Shown here: piece by piece, positions 1-12,825 of the stretch
Numbering within the stretch: the first letter of the stretch is position 1
Layout: every line of letters starts with the position of its first letter
Translations under genes and position numbers: made by a program
DNA from: Heptranchias perlo
Taxonomy: Eukaryota
Length of the DNA stretch: 64,000 bases
Assembly: GCF_035084215.1 (NCBI RefSeq)
Contig: NC_090333.1
Span: 33,666,001 to 33,730,000, forward strand
Direction: 5' to 3'
Notes under the pieces: generated by a model
The model's database searches: none
Seen by the model: only the letters and a program-made list of their open reading frames with translations
Told to the model about the DNA's origin: nothing

Positions 1-289
1 AGAAACAACTGATGACCTAATGATAAATAATTATTTCTAACACCTGGATGAACTCTGCATCTACCACACATTAAAGCAGTCCACCTTAACAAATGATTCA
101 TCCACTTTTGAAGTTGCATCTACACATGTATTTTTCGCAATACAGAAAAACAAAGACACTGGAAAATTTCTCCAACCATACAGTTACAGAAGCGACAACA
201 CTGGCAAGAAGGAAATTGCCCACGTATGTCCTATCAATAAAAAACAGTATAAACCCAACCCAGCAATTACAGCCCTTTCAACCTACTCC

Positions 290-1660
290 CAATCAGCAGC
301 AAAGTGATGGAAGGAGCCATCAAACGTGCTTTCCAGCAGCACTTACTCACTAATAACCTGCTCAGCCAGGCTCAGTTTGAGTTCTGCCAGGACCACCTGG
401 CTCAGGACCTCATAACAGTCTTGGTCCAAACATCGACACAAGAGCTGAATTCCAGAAGTGAAGTGAGAGTGACTGCCCTCGACATCAAGGCAGCATTCAA
501 CTGAGTATAGCATCAAGGAGCCCGAATAAAACTGAGGTCAATGGGGATCAAGAGAAAACCCTACAGTGGATGGAGTCATACCTGGCACAAAGGAACCAAA
601 TCATCTCAGCCCCAGGACATCAATGAAGGAGTTCCTAGGTTCAGCTATCTTCAGCTGCTTCATCAACAACCTTTCCTCCATCATAAGATCAGAAGCAGCT
701 GTTCGCTAATGATTGGGAATGGAGCTGAACACTGCAATTACTTAGATAATGAAGCAGTCCACGCCTGCATGTATCAAGACATGGACAACAACAGGGCTTC
801 GGCTGATGAGCGGCAAGTAACATTCGTGCCATACAAGTGCCAGGCAATGACCATTTCCAAAAAGAGAACTTAACCGCCTCCCCACGACATTCAATGGTAT
901 GACCATCGCCGAGTTACCATTGACTAGAAACTCAACTGGACAAGTCACATAAATGCGTGGCTATTAAAACAAGTCAGAGCTGGGTATTCTGCAACGAGTG
1001 GCTCACCTCCCAACTCCACAAAGCCTCACCGCCACTTCAAAAGGCACAAGTCAGGAGTGTGATGGAACACTCTCCGTTTGCCTGGATGAGAACATTCAAA
1101 GACAACAACTTGCATTTATACAGCACCTTTAACGTAATAAAACGTCACAAGGAGCTGGACACTATCCAGGACAAAGCAATCTGCTTGATCAGCACCTCAT
1201 CCAGTAGCCAAACATCCACCCCCTCACCACCAGCATACTGTGGCTACAATGTGTACTATCTACAGGATGCACTGCAACAACTTACCAAGCGCAGCACCTC
1301 CCAACCCATGGGTTCCACCACCTAGAACAAGGACAGCAGATGCATGGGAACACCATCATCTCTAAGTTTCCCTCCAAATCACACACCTTCCTGATATTGA
1401 CATATAACGCCTTTCTTTCATCATTGCTGGTTCAAAATCCTGGATCCACAACAGTATTGAGGGAGCACCTTCACCACACATACGACATCTGGGCTTTGGC
1501 TGATAAGTGGCAAGTAATATTCGTGCCACGAAAGTGACAGGCAATGAACATCTCCAGTAAGAGAACTTATTGTCTTATATAAGCAGCTCAAGAAGGCAGC
1601 CCACCTTCTCAGGGCAACAAGGGATGAGCAATAAATGCCAGCAACGCCTACATCCTGCAA
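290..1660 (+). mobile_element. Degenerate non-LTR retrotransposon (CR1/L2-group) RT-to-3' end fragment
   Basis: Broken ORFs with RT motifs (LLSQAQFEF..., VRVTALDIKAAFN, KAQVRSVMEHSPFAW). The 3' tail ccaccttctcagggcaacaagggatgagcaataaatgccagc lies at about 1600-1645. Confidence 0.75.
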
Positions 1661-1739
1661 ATTAGTTTTTTAAAAAATAGGCAAGACATGAAATCCTTTT
1701 AATATATGATGCAAAGATACTTATAGTTAACAGGACAGA

Positions 1740-1806
1740 TTTCCACTATTTTGGCCTGTTAAGTTAATGCTCAATTAGAGAACCTAACAGGCCAAAATAG
1801 TGGAAA
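1740..1806. repeat. Perfect 22-bp inverted repeat (hairpin)
   Basis: tttccactattttggcctgtta (1740-1761) is the exact reverse complement of taacaggccaaaatagtggaaa (1785-1806). Confidence 0.9.
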
Positions 1807-4029
1807 ATGCAAAGAACAAAAATAAAGCCAGAAAGACAAAAATGTAAAGAGACAAATGACAATGCATTTTAAAAAAATAGAACTTAGGCTGCTTTGCCAC
1901 ATGTGCCAACCGATTTCAGATGCCGACATAGATTGCCATGCACAGTCCACAGATCAGTAGTAACACAGGGGACACATCATTGGGCTCCCACTGAGCTCGG
2001 CCAGGTGACAGCTCTATGCAGCACTATGCATATTTACTTACGTACATGCACACAGCTCCAAACCGCAGCTGGTAATTTTTTGTGCTTTGAGAAGATAGGT
2101 GGATGTCTCCATCCTCTCCTAACACTTTTTTAAAAGCAGATTACAAAGTATCCAGGTTAGCGGCTTTGCACCTCATTCTGTCCAAAACTAAATTTCACTC
2201 CTTGGACAAAAATCACTGATCCAACAACTAACTTGTACTGCCAATTTTGCTTTAATGTGATGCAAAAATATAACAGGAGCCAAAGGAAAGATGAAAAGCA
2301 TTCATAAGAAAACAAAAATGTAGCCAAAAGTTCAAGAAATTATCAAAAAATAAAAAAAGTAAATGGGAACAGTTAGGCACAAGAATAAAAATAACATTTT
2401 TAAAATGTACAGAGAAAACCCTGTTGTCTGGGGCCTTCACATTATCTCCCAACGGAGGAATCCAGCAGCTAAACTTAGCTCCCATTAGCACAACCTCAAT
2501 GCAAGGCTTGATAATAGATCTACAACAGCCTGCACTAAAAGCCCATTGAGACTTTCCAATGTCAATGTAGACATCAGGAAAACCATCTCGAGCATGTCTG
2601 ATGAAATACACGAGCTAGTAACTGTAACATTAAATTGTCACGTGCCGGATTTCAGATGTAGACATTCAGCAATCTGAAATCAAAATGACATCCAGGCCTA
2701 TAAAAACATTTCTATAGAGACCGACTTTATCACTGTTCATTATCATCTGTGTTTACCTATAGCTGATTTAATTCTGCTAACAATCTGCACTGATTAGCTT
2801 CCATCTTCCCACAAACTTTCAAATTTGACCCAGCCCACATTTCATAAAGTGGTAAAGAACACCATTAAAAATAGGCAGGCTTGTTTGGCCTAATGGCCCT
2901 TCCCTGTTGCGAAAATTCTGTTCATAATGTCTGGCAGCAGTACTGAACCCTATGTTTTGCAGTATTATTGTTTTGCAATACAACATTATGATATACCCTG
3001 CCATGGAATCTATCAACTGATTTTTATCCTATACTGAATGCGCAACACGAGCAAGCTAGCTGCAGCAGCAGCAGCCTCGTGGTTCCCTACTCTAGAACAG
3101 AGTTCGGAAATCAGGTAATAGCAAATAGAAGAGAGATAATGTGTGACACTTTTTAAAATCCAAATACATTCATGAAGCATAAAACCCAATTAGGGTTTAG
3201 CATCCCATGGCTGGAAGAGAATGCATAAACACTTAACGATCAATAATCAATGCTTAGAGTTTGGGGACAGGGAGTAGAAGAGGTATATTGAAGTGTTTCC
3301 ACAGAATCCTTTTCTTGGTACCAATGATAATTTCTTGAGATGATTAATTATTTGCTCGTGATTTCCCTCCCCCAAAGAATGAACTCACCCATCTTTCATT
3401 TGAGAGGATACTGAAATAAAGAGCTCCTATGTGGAGTGGAGCAAGTAGGTACAGATTCAAACTGGTGAACGATAAATTTAGGACCATTGGGACATTTCTC
3501 ATGCAAGGTACATAGTTGTCGTTACTAGTATATAATGTTAATCCAGGACAGCCAACTTTTTTGTATTTCTTTCAGGCATGTGCACACAAAAATTGATAGT
3601 GTTGAAGATAATCTAAATTTAATATAAAAACATGTTTTTCTTTGGGAACAATGATTTAAAAATCTTATACAGTACCTTCATAATTATACTTTCTCCTGAT
3701 TTAAATTTTTTTTTGGATCAGACACTGGCCTTTTGCCTGTGGTACCTGGGTTCAAATCCAGCCCAAACTGATAGGATGCAAGTCTTTTCTATCTGCTAGC
3801 CATAAAAACCCTATGTAGAATGAGTTTTGGCAATATTATCCCAATTTTTTGTGTACATGTGGGCAGAGTACAAGATTGGCACAAAATGCCTCATCGCATT
3901 CAGGACATAGATGTGGGAAATGGAAAACATGTTATACTTGTGCAGTCAAGAGTGTTCTGACATCAGGCTGAAACACATTGTTGGAGCAGAGCACAGGGAG
4001 TTTTATTCTGTATCTGACCTGGGAATACT

Positions 4030-4700
4030 TGTCCTACTTTCAATGAATACCTTGGAGAAATGCTTTTCTATACTGTTAAACATCTTGCATATCTCCATAG
4101 TATTACCTCCTTTGAAGGTTAAAGAGCCCAAGTGCTCCAGTCTTTCCTCATAATTCACTCTTAGAACACCAGGGATCAGTCTCATCATTCTTCTCCCTAC
4201 CGTCCAGGGCTTTAATGTCTCCCTTGTGTATTGGTAACTAAAAAGCAAACCGAGTATTCAAGCTGCAATCTGACCAGAGCACTGTACAATTTCAACATTA
4301 AAATCTCACAATTATAATCTACTGAATCAGCAACATAATGCAGCATTTATTTGATTTGTTGATTGCTGCTCTACAGTGACTCGGCATAGTAACTATCAAG
4401 TCTCCTACGTCTCTTTCAAATTCTTAGCTATGTACCATTGATAGGATATACAGTAAAGTAACCCATTTTTTTCTTGCAATGCACAGTATTTCACATTTCT
4501 CAATGCTAAATTTCATCTGCCCAATTACAGATTTTCCTTAGCTGCTTTATCAGACTTGACACCCACCTCGATGTTTAGTACTGACTGCAAATTTGACCAA
4601 TTTCTGAATCCAAAGCTTTTACATAGACAATCTTCTATCAGAACTAAAGCATTGCCAATGAGCCAGCTCCAGGCATTGACATTGGTAAATCTGCCTATGC
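4030..4700 (-). mobile_element. Old CR1 LINE RT fragment, interrupted by the younger CR1; appears to continue at about 6655-6870
   Basis: The minus-strand ORF contains MRLIPGVLRVNYEERLEHLGSLT, the CR1 ORF2 C-terminal motif. Confidence 0.6.
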
Positions 4701-6654
4701 ATAGACAGCTGGGATCAAGTGGATCCCTTGAAGAGTATAGAGATTGCCAGAGTAGAGTTAAGAGAGAAATCAGGAGGGCAAAAAGGGGACATGAGATTGC
4801 TTTGGCAGATAAGGCAAAGGAGAATCCAAAGAGCTTCTACAAATACATAAAAGGGCAAAAGAGTAACTAGGGAGAGAGTAGGGCCTCTTAAGGATCAACA
4901 AGGTCATCTATGTGCGGAACCACAAGAGATGGGTGAGATCCTAAATGAATATTTCACATCGGTATTTACGGTTGAGAAAGGCATGGATGTTAGGGAACTT
5001 GGGGAAATAAATAGTGATGTCTTGAGGAGTGTACATATTACAGAGAGGGAGGTGCTGGAAGTCTTAACGCGCATCAAGGTAGATAAATCTCCGGGACCTG
5101 ATGAAATGTATCCCAGGACGTTATGGGAGGAAATTGCGGGTCCCCAAGCAGAGATATTTGAATCATCGACAGCTACAGGTGAGGTGCCTGAAGATTGGAG
5201 GGTAGCAAATGTTGTGCCTTTGTTTAAGAAGGGCGGCAAGGAAAAGCCTGGGAACTACAGAGGGGTGAGCCTGACAGCTGTAGTGGGTAAGTTGTTGGAG
5301 GGTATTCTGAGAGACAGGATCTACAGGCATTTGGAGAGGCAGGGACTAATTAGGAACAGTCAGCATGGTTTTGTGAGAGGAAAATCATGTCTCACGAATT
5401 TGATTGAGTTTTTTGAAGGGGTAACCAAGAAGATAGATGAGGGCTGTGCAGTAGACGTGGTCTACATGGACTTTAGCAAAGCCTTTGACAAGGTACCGCA
5501 TGGTAGGTTGTTACATAAGGTTAAATCTCACGGGATCCAAGGTGAGGTAGCCAATTGGATACAAAATTGGATTGACGACAGAAGACAGAGGGTGGTTGTA
5601 GAGGGTTGTTTTTCAAACTGGAGGCCTGTGACCAGCGGTGTGCCTCAGGGATCGGTGCTGGGTCCGCTGTTATTTGTTATTTATATTAATGATTTGGATG
5701 AGAATTTAGGAGGCATGGTTAGTAAGTTTGCAGATGACACCAAGATTGGTGGCATTGTGGACAGTGAAGAAGGTTATCTAGGATTGCAACGGGATCTTGA
5801 TAAATTGGGCCAGTGGGCCGATGAATGGCAGGTGGAGTTTAATTTAGATAAATGTGAAGTGATGCATTTTGGTAGATCGAATCGGGCCAGGACCTACTCC
5901 GTTAATGGTAGGGCGTTGGGGAGAGTTATAGAACAAAGAGATCTAGGAGTACAGGTTCATAGCTCCTTGAAAGTGGAGTCACAGGTGGATAGGGTGGTGA
6001 AGAAGGCATTCAGCATGCTTGGTTTCATTGGTCAGAACATTGAATACAGGAGTTGGGATGTCTTGTTGAAGTTGTACAAGACATTAGTAAGGCCACACTT
6101 GGAATACTGTGTACAGTTCTGGTCACCCTATTATAGAAAGGATATTATTAAACTAGAAAGAGTGCAGAAAAGATTTACTAGGATGCTACCGGGACTTGAT
6201 GGTTTGACTTATTGGGAGAGGTTGGATAGACTGAGACTTTTTTCCCTGGAGAGTAGGAGGTTTCGGGGTGATCTTATAGAAGTCTATAAAATAATGAGGG
6301 GCATAGATAAGGTCGATAGTCAAAATCTTTTCCCAAAGGTAGGGGAGTCTATAACGAGGGGGCATAGATTTAAGGTGAGAGGGGAGAGATACAAAAGGAT
6401 CCAGAGGGGCAATTTTTTCACTCAAAGGGTGGTGAGCGTCTGGAACGAGCTGCCAGAGGCAGTAGTAGAGGCGGGTACAATTTTGTCTTTTAAAAAGCAT
6501 TTGGACAGTTACATGGGTAAGATGGGTATAGAGGGATATGGGCCAAGTGCAGGCAATTGGGACTAGCTTAGTGGTATAAACTGGGCGACATGGACATGTT
6601 GGGCCGAAGGGCCTGTTTCCATGTTGTAAACTTCTATGATTCTATGATTCTATG
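4701..6654 (+). mobile_element. Young 5'-truncated CR1 LINE with open 545-aa RT/C-terminal ORF (4929-6566)
   Basis: KSPGPDEMYPR, QHGFVRGKSCLTNL, YMDFSKAFDKVPH, GVPQGSVLGPLLF, KFADDTK. It ends in a (TTCTATGA)n tail. Possible 6-bp TSD ctatgc at 4695-4700 and 6650-6655. Confidence 0.95.
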
Positions 6655-6904
6655 CCTCCCTTATCCCAACGGCATACTCGTAGACCTCTGGGGCACTCTA
6701 CCCTGTACTTCTCTCCCACTCAATATCACTCCCCTAATAAATACCTACTGCTTAATATTTTTCAGCCAGTTTCTTATCCATGTCCAGATTTACCTTGGAT
6801 TCCCAATGCTTTGAGCTTATACAACAGTCTTTCATGGTCAACTTTGTCAATGCCTTCCTAGAAGTCGAGGTATGTCATGTCAGAGTTTCCAGCGTTCACC
6901 ACAA

Positions 6905-7770
6905 CCGTAGAGTTTATAGCACAGAAAGCTATTCGGCCTATTATGTTTGTGCCAGCTCTTTACTAGAGTAATACAAAACTAATTGAACCACCCCGCTTTT
7001 GCCTGATGGTCCTGGATCTTCCTTTGGTTCAAGTATTTATTCAAATTTCCCTTAAAAGGTCTCTTCCTCAACCATTTCCTGTGGCAAAACATTCCATGCT
7101 CTATCAATCCTCTGCATAAAAAAAATTCTACCAGTCTCGTCACTCACTCATAATTTAAAATTGATTACTCCTGATCAATAACTTCCCAACCAGTCTTTCC
7201 CTATTCACTACCAAAACCCCTTAGATCTTCTCTGCTCCAGTGCAAGTAGTCCCAGTTATCTCAAGTCACTCATAACTATAGTTTTCCATTCCTGGCATCA
7301 TCCTGGTGAATGTACAATCTTATGCTCACCATGGTTTTAACACACTTTCTAAAATGAGGAGCCCAGAAATTGTGGACAGTACTCTAACTGTGGGTAACTA
7401 GTGCCATGTACAAATCTATCATTACTTCTTTACTCGTATCCTAGGTCCCTATTCATTAAATACAAAATGCTATATTTATGGCTTTATCTACCTGCAAGGA
7501 ATTATGTACTTGAACCCCAAGTTTTCTGTTCATCCACACACTTTGCTGTCTTTCCATTGGGGGTATACTCCCATTCATTGTTAATCCCTCTCAAAACCGA
7601 TTACGTCACAGTTGTCCACATTAAATGGCATCTGTCACCTGTCTGTCCATTCCTCTAACTTATTTATGCCCTCCTGAAGTCTTTAACAGTCCTCCTCAGA
7701 GTTTCCCCAAAACACCTACTTGTTACCAAATTTTGAGATTGTGCTCCCTGAGCCCAAGTCCAAACCATTC
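6905..7770 (-). mobile_element. Degenerate CR1 LINE 3' fragment
   Basis: Reverse-complement similarity by eye to the CR1 3' ORF and UTR of other copies in the window. Confidence 0.55.
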
Positions 7771-8814
7771 ATCATCCCTTTAGATGTCTCCTCCTCAAAA
7801 AAGGATGAGAAAGATTGGTGAGGTAGTATCATCCCTTCTGAAGCTGTATACCAGAACAACATGCAAGCAATCCAAGTTTACGGCTAATTATTGATTTCAT
7901 TATTTTATCAGTTATTGATGCAAGACAAATGCACCTGCCTCTGTTTTGTTATTTTTTTTGAATATGGGTACAATAGGTGCATGCAATGTGATTGATGGGT
8001 GGTGGGGAGAGGGACATCTCCAGAATGACTTCGAGCCCACCCAAAAATAACAAAAATCAATCAATCGGCAATGCATTGAACAGCTCTCAAATTATAATAC
8101 AAAATATTAGCTCACAGATTCTATGCAGTTAGATACATACAAGAAGTGCAACTCAAATGCCCATGTTATCTTTTTAAATTGAGAAAGTGGACAGGAAGTC
8201 ATCAAAATACAAATCTATTGATAAAATATACATACAAAGAGACACCTGCAACATATAATCATAGTCAATTCTACAGTGCTATCTGCACTGAAACATTTAT
8301 TATTTGAGAAAATGAAATCAAATCGTCCATACATGAATAATCCCTTTTTCAGCAACAATTACATTTAATATATTTACCCAGAATTGCCATGGGGCTTCTC
8401 CTGATCTCCCATTGTAACGCTGGAAATATGACAAACTATCATTTACACCATTTGATAGTTTCTGCCAAACTTCCAGCGAGAGATAGGGAAACTCTAGCAG
8501 AAATTTTACTCTATTATCTTTAGGGCATTTCAAACACCAAAAACAAGAATACTGTAACATTTAGGAAAGCTTTCCTGCCACATTAACTTGACAAACACGA
8601 AAAGACAACGTTTCAATGTGTCAGTCACTTAATGTATTTTACTTTCAGTGCTGTACAAAGTGAAGATAAACATGGCTACCACTTCGAACGTCACAGTGCT
8701 GGATGGCTGCCTTGACAATGTGTCACCAAAGTTTGCTAAATCAAGCAGCTACAATAAGAAAACTTGAAATTCAAAGTTTCCTCAAAATATGAGAAATGCT
8801 TTATCAATATAAGT

Positions 8815-9742
8815 CATTATATTAATGACTTGGATGTACTGGGCACAATTTCAAAATTTGCAATTACACAAAACTTGGACATGTAGTAAATAGTGAGGAG
8901 GATAGTAATAGACTTTAAGAGGACTCAGACAGACTGATAAAATTTAATGCAGAGTAATGCAGTGATACATTTTGGCAGGAAGAATGAGGAGAGGCAATAT
9001 AAACTAAGTGGTGCAATTCTAAAGGGGGTGCAGGAACAGGGAAACCTGGGGGTGTGTGCGCACAAATCTTTGAAGGTGGCAGGACAGATTGAGAAAGCAG
9101 TTAAAAAAGCATAAAGGATCCTGGGCTTTATAAATAGAGGCATAGAGTACAAAAGCAAGCAAGTTATGTTGAACCTTCATAAAACACTGGTTCGGCCACA
9201 GTTTTGTGTCCAATTCTGGGCACCGCACTTTAGGAAGGATGTGAAGGCCTTACAGTGGGTGCAGAAAAGATTTACTAGATTGGTTACATGGATGAGGGAC
9301 TTCAGTTACGTGGATAGGACTGGAGAAGCTGGGGTTGTTCTCCTTCGGGCAGAGAAGGTTAAGAGGAGATTTAATAAAAGTGTTCAAAATCATGAAGGGT
9401 TTAGATAGAGTAGATAAAGAGAAACTGTTCGCATTGGCGGAAGGGTCGAGAACCAGAGGACACAGATTTAAGGTGACTGGCAAAAGAACCAAAGGCGACA
9501 TGAAGAGAAACTTTTTTATGCAGCCAGTAGTTATGATCTGGAATGCGCTGCCTGAAAGCATAGTGGAAGCACGTTCAATCGTGGCTTTCAAAAAGGAATT
9601 GTATAAATACTTGGAGAAAAAACATGCAGGTCTACGGGGAAGGAGTGGGGGATTGGGACTAACTGTATTGCTCTCACAAAGAGCCGGTACAGGCTCGACG
9701 GGCCGACCGGCCTCCTTCTGTGCTGTAACCATTCTATGATTA
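8815..9742 (+). mobile_element. CR1 LINE 3' fragment
   Basis: KTLVRPQFCVQFWAPHFRKD and RRLRGDLIKVFKIMKGLDRVD in broken frames; ttctatgatt tail. Confidence 0.85.
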
Positions 9743-10256
9743 CATGAATGCAGCACCAGACCTGCAAAGCAATGAAATTACTCTTCACAATCACATCACA
9801 AATGTATTTTAGGAAGTTGTTTGGTAGTACTGCCATATGAAAATATAGAATGCCCAGTTTTCATTTCATTAAAAACTTTATTTTCCCCAGTAGAAGCCTT
9901 AGGATGACAAAAGCAACACAGGCTTGTTCCTGACAGATGTAGATGCGACAGGCGTTTCTTTTTAAAAAAAAACAAAAGTTAAAAGAAACTTCTTTTAAAA
10001 AGGCTACCATCCTTCAGATTTCCCTGTGAATGCACCATATTCCAGCCGAAAGAGGAAATGGCCTGTTCCCTATGAAAATGCTGCTTAATTACCACCCACA
10101 TGTGCACAATGTCAGTCAAAAGTGACTTCATTTGTGGACAAATACCTTGCCTCCACAATGGCATGGCTGAAATTAGGAATTTATCATGTTGAGAAATTAA
10201 TGGGCACACCTAATGTGCCGTAAATTTTCTACAATTCTACCTGTTAATTGCATCCA

Positions 10257-10456
10257 TGTGATTTATATAATTTAGTGTTAACTGTATTCAGGTGGTGCGT
10301 ATCAATTGGGAACTCTCTTGTATCCATTTATAAGAGAGCTGATCTGGGATGTGGTGTGGGTGTAATGTAAAGCTCTGCGAATGAAGGCTTGGAAGCAACT
10401 GAAGACTAGGCTCTGGTATTCTATCCTTCACCACCTGGCTCACCAATTTATAACAA
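10257..10456 (+). mobile_element. Possible solo-LTR-like remnant
   Basis: TG...ACA-bounded ~200-bp segment with a TATA-like tttataa. No TSD found. Confidence 0.25.
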
Positions 10457-11339
10457 CACCCACATCATCTTAAGGGGTACACTGGATACTTATGATGCCT
10501 GGAGCATCATGACGAGACCCATGCTAAACCCCCGGGAAGCAAAAAACAGAAAAACCAAGGGCGAATAAGTTTTTAAAGAAATTTTAAAAATCTGGAAAAT
10601 TCCTCTCCGACCCCCTCAGGCAATCAAAACCAGTCCAGGAGATCAGAACAAAATTAATTGTCAGTTGGAAGAACATGGATTAATAAATGACAGCCAACAC
10701 AGATTTGTTAAAGACAAAACGTGCATGACAAACTTGATCGAGTTCTTCGATGAAATAACAGAGTTGATGTTGGATATATGGACTTTCAAAAGGAGTTTGC
10801 TAAAGTGCCACATATTAGATTTGTTAGCAAAATTGAAGCCCTTGGGATTCAAGGGCTGCAAGGAAACAAAACTGGCTAAGAGACAGCAAGCAGAGTAGTG
10901 GTAAACGGCTGTTTTTCAGACTGAATGGAAGTATACAGTGGTGTCCCCCAGTGTTCAGTATTAGGACCACTGCTCTTTTTGACACATACTAATGACCTGA
11001 ACTTGGGTATACAGGGCATAATTCAAAGTTTGCAGATGACACAAAATTTGGAAATGTAGTCAACAGTGATGAGGATAATAGCAGACTTCAGGAGGATACA
11101 GACCAACTGGTGAAATGGGCAGACACATGGCAGATTAAATTTGATGCAGAGAAGTGTGAAGTGATGCATTTTAGAAGGAAGAAAGAGGAGAAACAATATA
11201 AACTAAATGGTACAATTTTAAAGGTTGCATAGGAACAGAGAGACCTGTGGGTTCACATATACAAATCTTTCAAGGTGACAGGATTTAAGCTGTTCAAGCT
11301 GTTAAAAAAGCATACGGGATCCTTGCCTTCATTAATAGA

Positions 11340-11556
11340 CATGATGTGGAGATGCCGGTGATGGACTGGGGTGGACAAATGTAAGGAGTCTTACAACACC
11401 AGGTTATAGTCCAACAGCTTTATTTAAAATCACAAGCTTTCAGAGGCTTCCTCCTTCATCAGGTGAGTCACCTGACGAAGGAGGAAGCCTCCGAAAGCTT
11501 GTGATTTTAAATAAAGCTGTTGGACTATAACCTGGTGTTGTAAGACTCCTTACATT
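11340..11556. mobile_element. Palindromic Penelope-like mini-element with two opposed hammerhead motifs
   Basis: 89-bp arms (11378-11466 / 11468-11556, 2 mismatches) plus a tail atgatgtggagatgccggtgatggactggggtggac. TSD ttcattaataga at 11328-11339 and 11555-11566. Confidence 0.85.
11468..11504 (+). ncRNA. Minimal type I hammerhead ribozyme motif (mirror copy on - strand at 11430-11466)
   Basis: tcac-CTGACGA-a-ggagg/aag/cctcc-GAAA-gctt-gtga: conserved core, stem II, stem I tcac/gtga, and palindromic AGCT in place of stem III. Confidence 0.75.
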
Positions 11557-12159
11557 CATTAATAGAGGCATAGACTACAAAAATCAAGGAAGTTATGCTA
11601 AACCTTTATAAATCACTTGTTAGGCCTCAGCTGGAGTATTGTGTCCAATTCTGGCTTTGGAGAGGGTGCAGAGGAGATTTACTATAATGACACCAAGGAT
11701 GAGGGACTTCAGTTGCATGGAGAGACTTGAGAAGGTGGGATTGTTCTCCTTGGAGCAGGTAAGATTAAAGGAAGATTAAGTTCAAAATTATGAAGGCTTT
11801 TGATAGTTTCTCCCCATCTACTCTGTTTCCACTGGCAGGAGGGTCAATATCCAGAGGACACAGATTTAAGATAACTTGCAAATGAACAGGGGGAGGGCAG
11901 ATGAGATTTTTTTTTTTAAACACAGTGAGTTGTTATAATCTGGAATGCACTACCGAAAACAGTGATGGAAGCAGATTCAACAGTATGTTTCAAAAGGGAC
12001 TTGGATAAATACTTGAAGGGGAAAGATTTGCAGGGCTATGAGGGAAGAGCAGGGGAGTGGGACTAATTGGATCATGGGCCGAATGGCTTCCTCCTGTGCT
12101 GTGTCATTCTATGAACTAAAATAATCTATCACCAGGCACACAATCCAGCCCTTTACTTA

Positions 12160-12825
12160 TTTTATATTCCTCTATCAGGTCTCCTCCAAGTCTATGCTGG
12201 TCAAAAAGAAATAGACTTAGCTCTTTAAGCCCGAGTAACTAAGGGTCTTAAAGCTCGGGATTATTCTTGTAGCTGTCTTCTGAACCTTTTCCAAGGCCAC
12301 CATGTCATCCACCATGTGAAAGGACCAAAACTGGGCACAGTACTCCAGATGTGGTCCAACCAATGACCTCTACGATAACAGATGAGTGTCCTTCGATTTG
12401 TACTGAATGGTTCCATTAATACAACCCAATACCCTGCTTGCTTTGGCTATGACTTATCTGCACTGGTTGTGAACTTTGAGCGGTATGTACACAGTAACAC
12501 CTTGATCCTGTTTTCCCGCAATCGCTTTCAGTATCATTCTTTGTAAATGATAGGTATATTCTGTGTTGGTCCTACCACATGCATCACACTGCATTGATCG
12601 AGGTTAAATGCCAATTGCCATTGTTTGGCCCATTCCCCTGGTGTATCTAAATCTTTTTGCAGAAGATTGTACTCCTCTAGTCTTAACCCTTGCACAAATT
12701 TTAGTGTCGTCAGCACCACTGTCCAGGTCATTAATAAGATCAGTGAGCAACAGTGGGCCAAACACCAATCCCTGCGGACACTACTAGTAACCTGCCTCCA
12801 GGCTGATCCACAACCATTGACTAGG
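12160..12825 (-). mobile_element. Old CR1 LINE RT fragment
   Basis: Minus ORF LLQKDLDTPGEWAKQWQLAFNLDQCSVMH. Confidence 0.7.

Larger units (their letters stand above)
10660..12115 (+). mobile_element. Degenerate CR1 LINE RT fragment, split by a PLE-derived insertion at 11340-11556
   Basis: SQHRFVKDKTCMTNLIEFFDE and the aagtttgcagatgacacaaaa (KFADDTK) motif; CR1 3' tail near 12110. Confidence 0.85.

Noticed and set aside
4929-6566. 545-aa RT ORF as a domesticated host gene
   Set aside because: It is 5'-truncated, frameshifted upstream, and ends in a CR1 microsatellite tail. Several paralogous decayed copies occur in the window.
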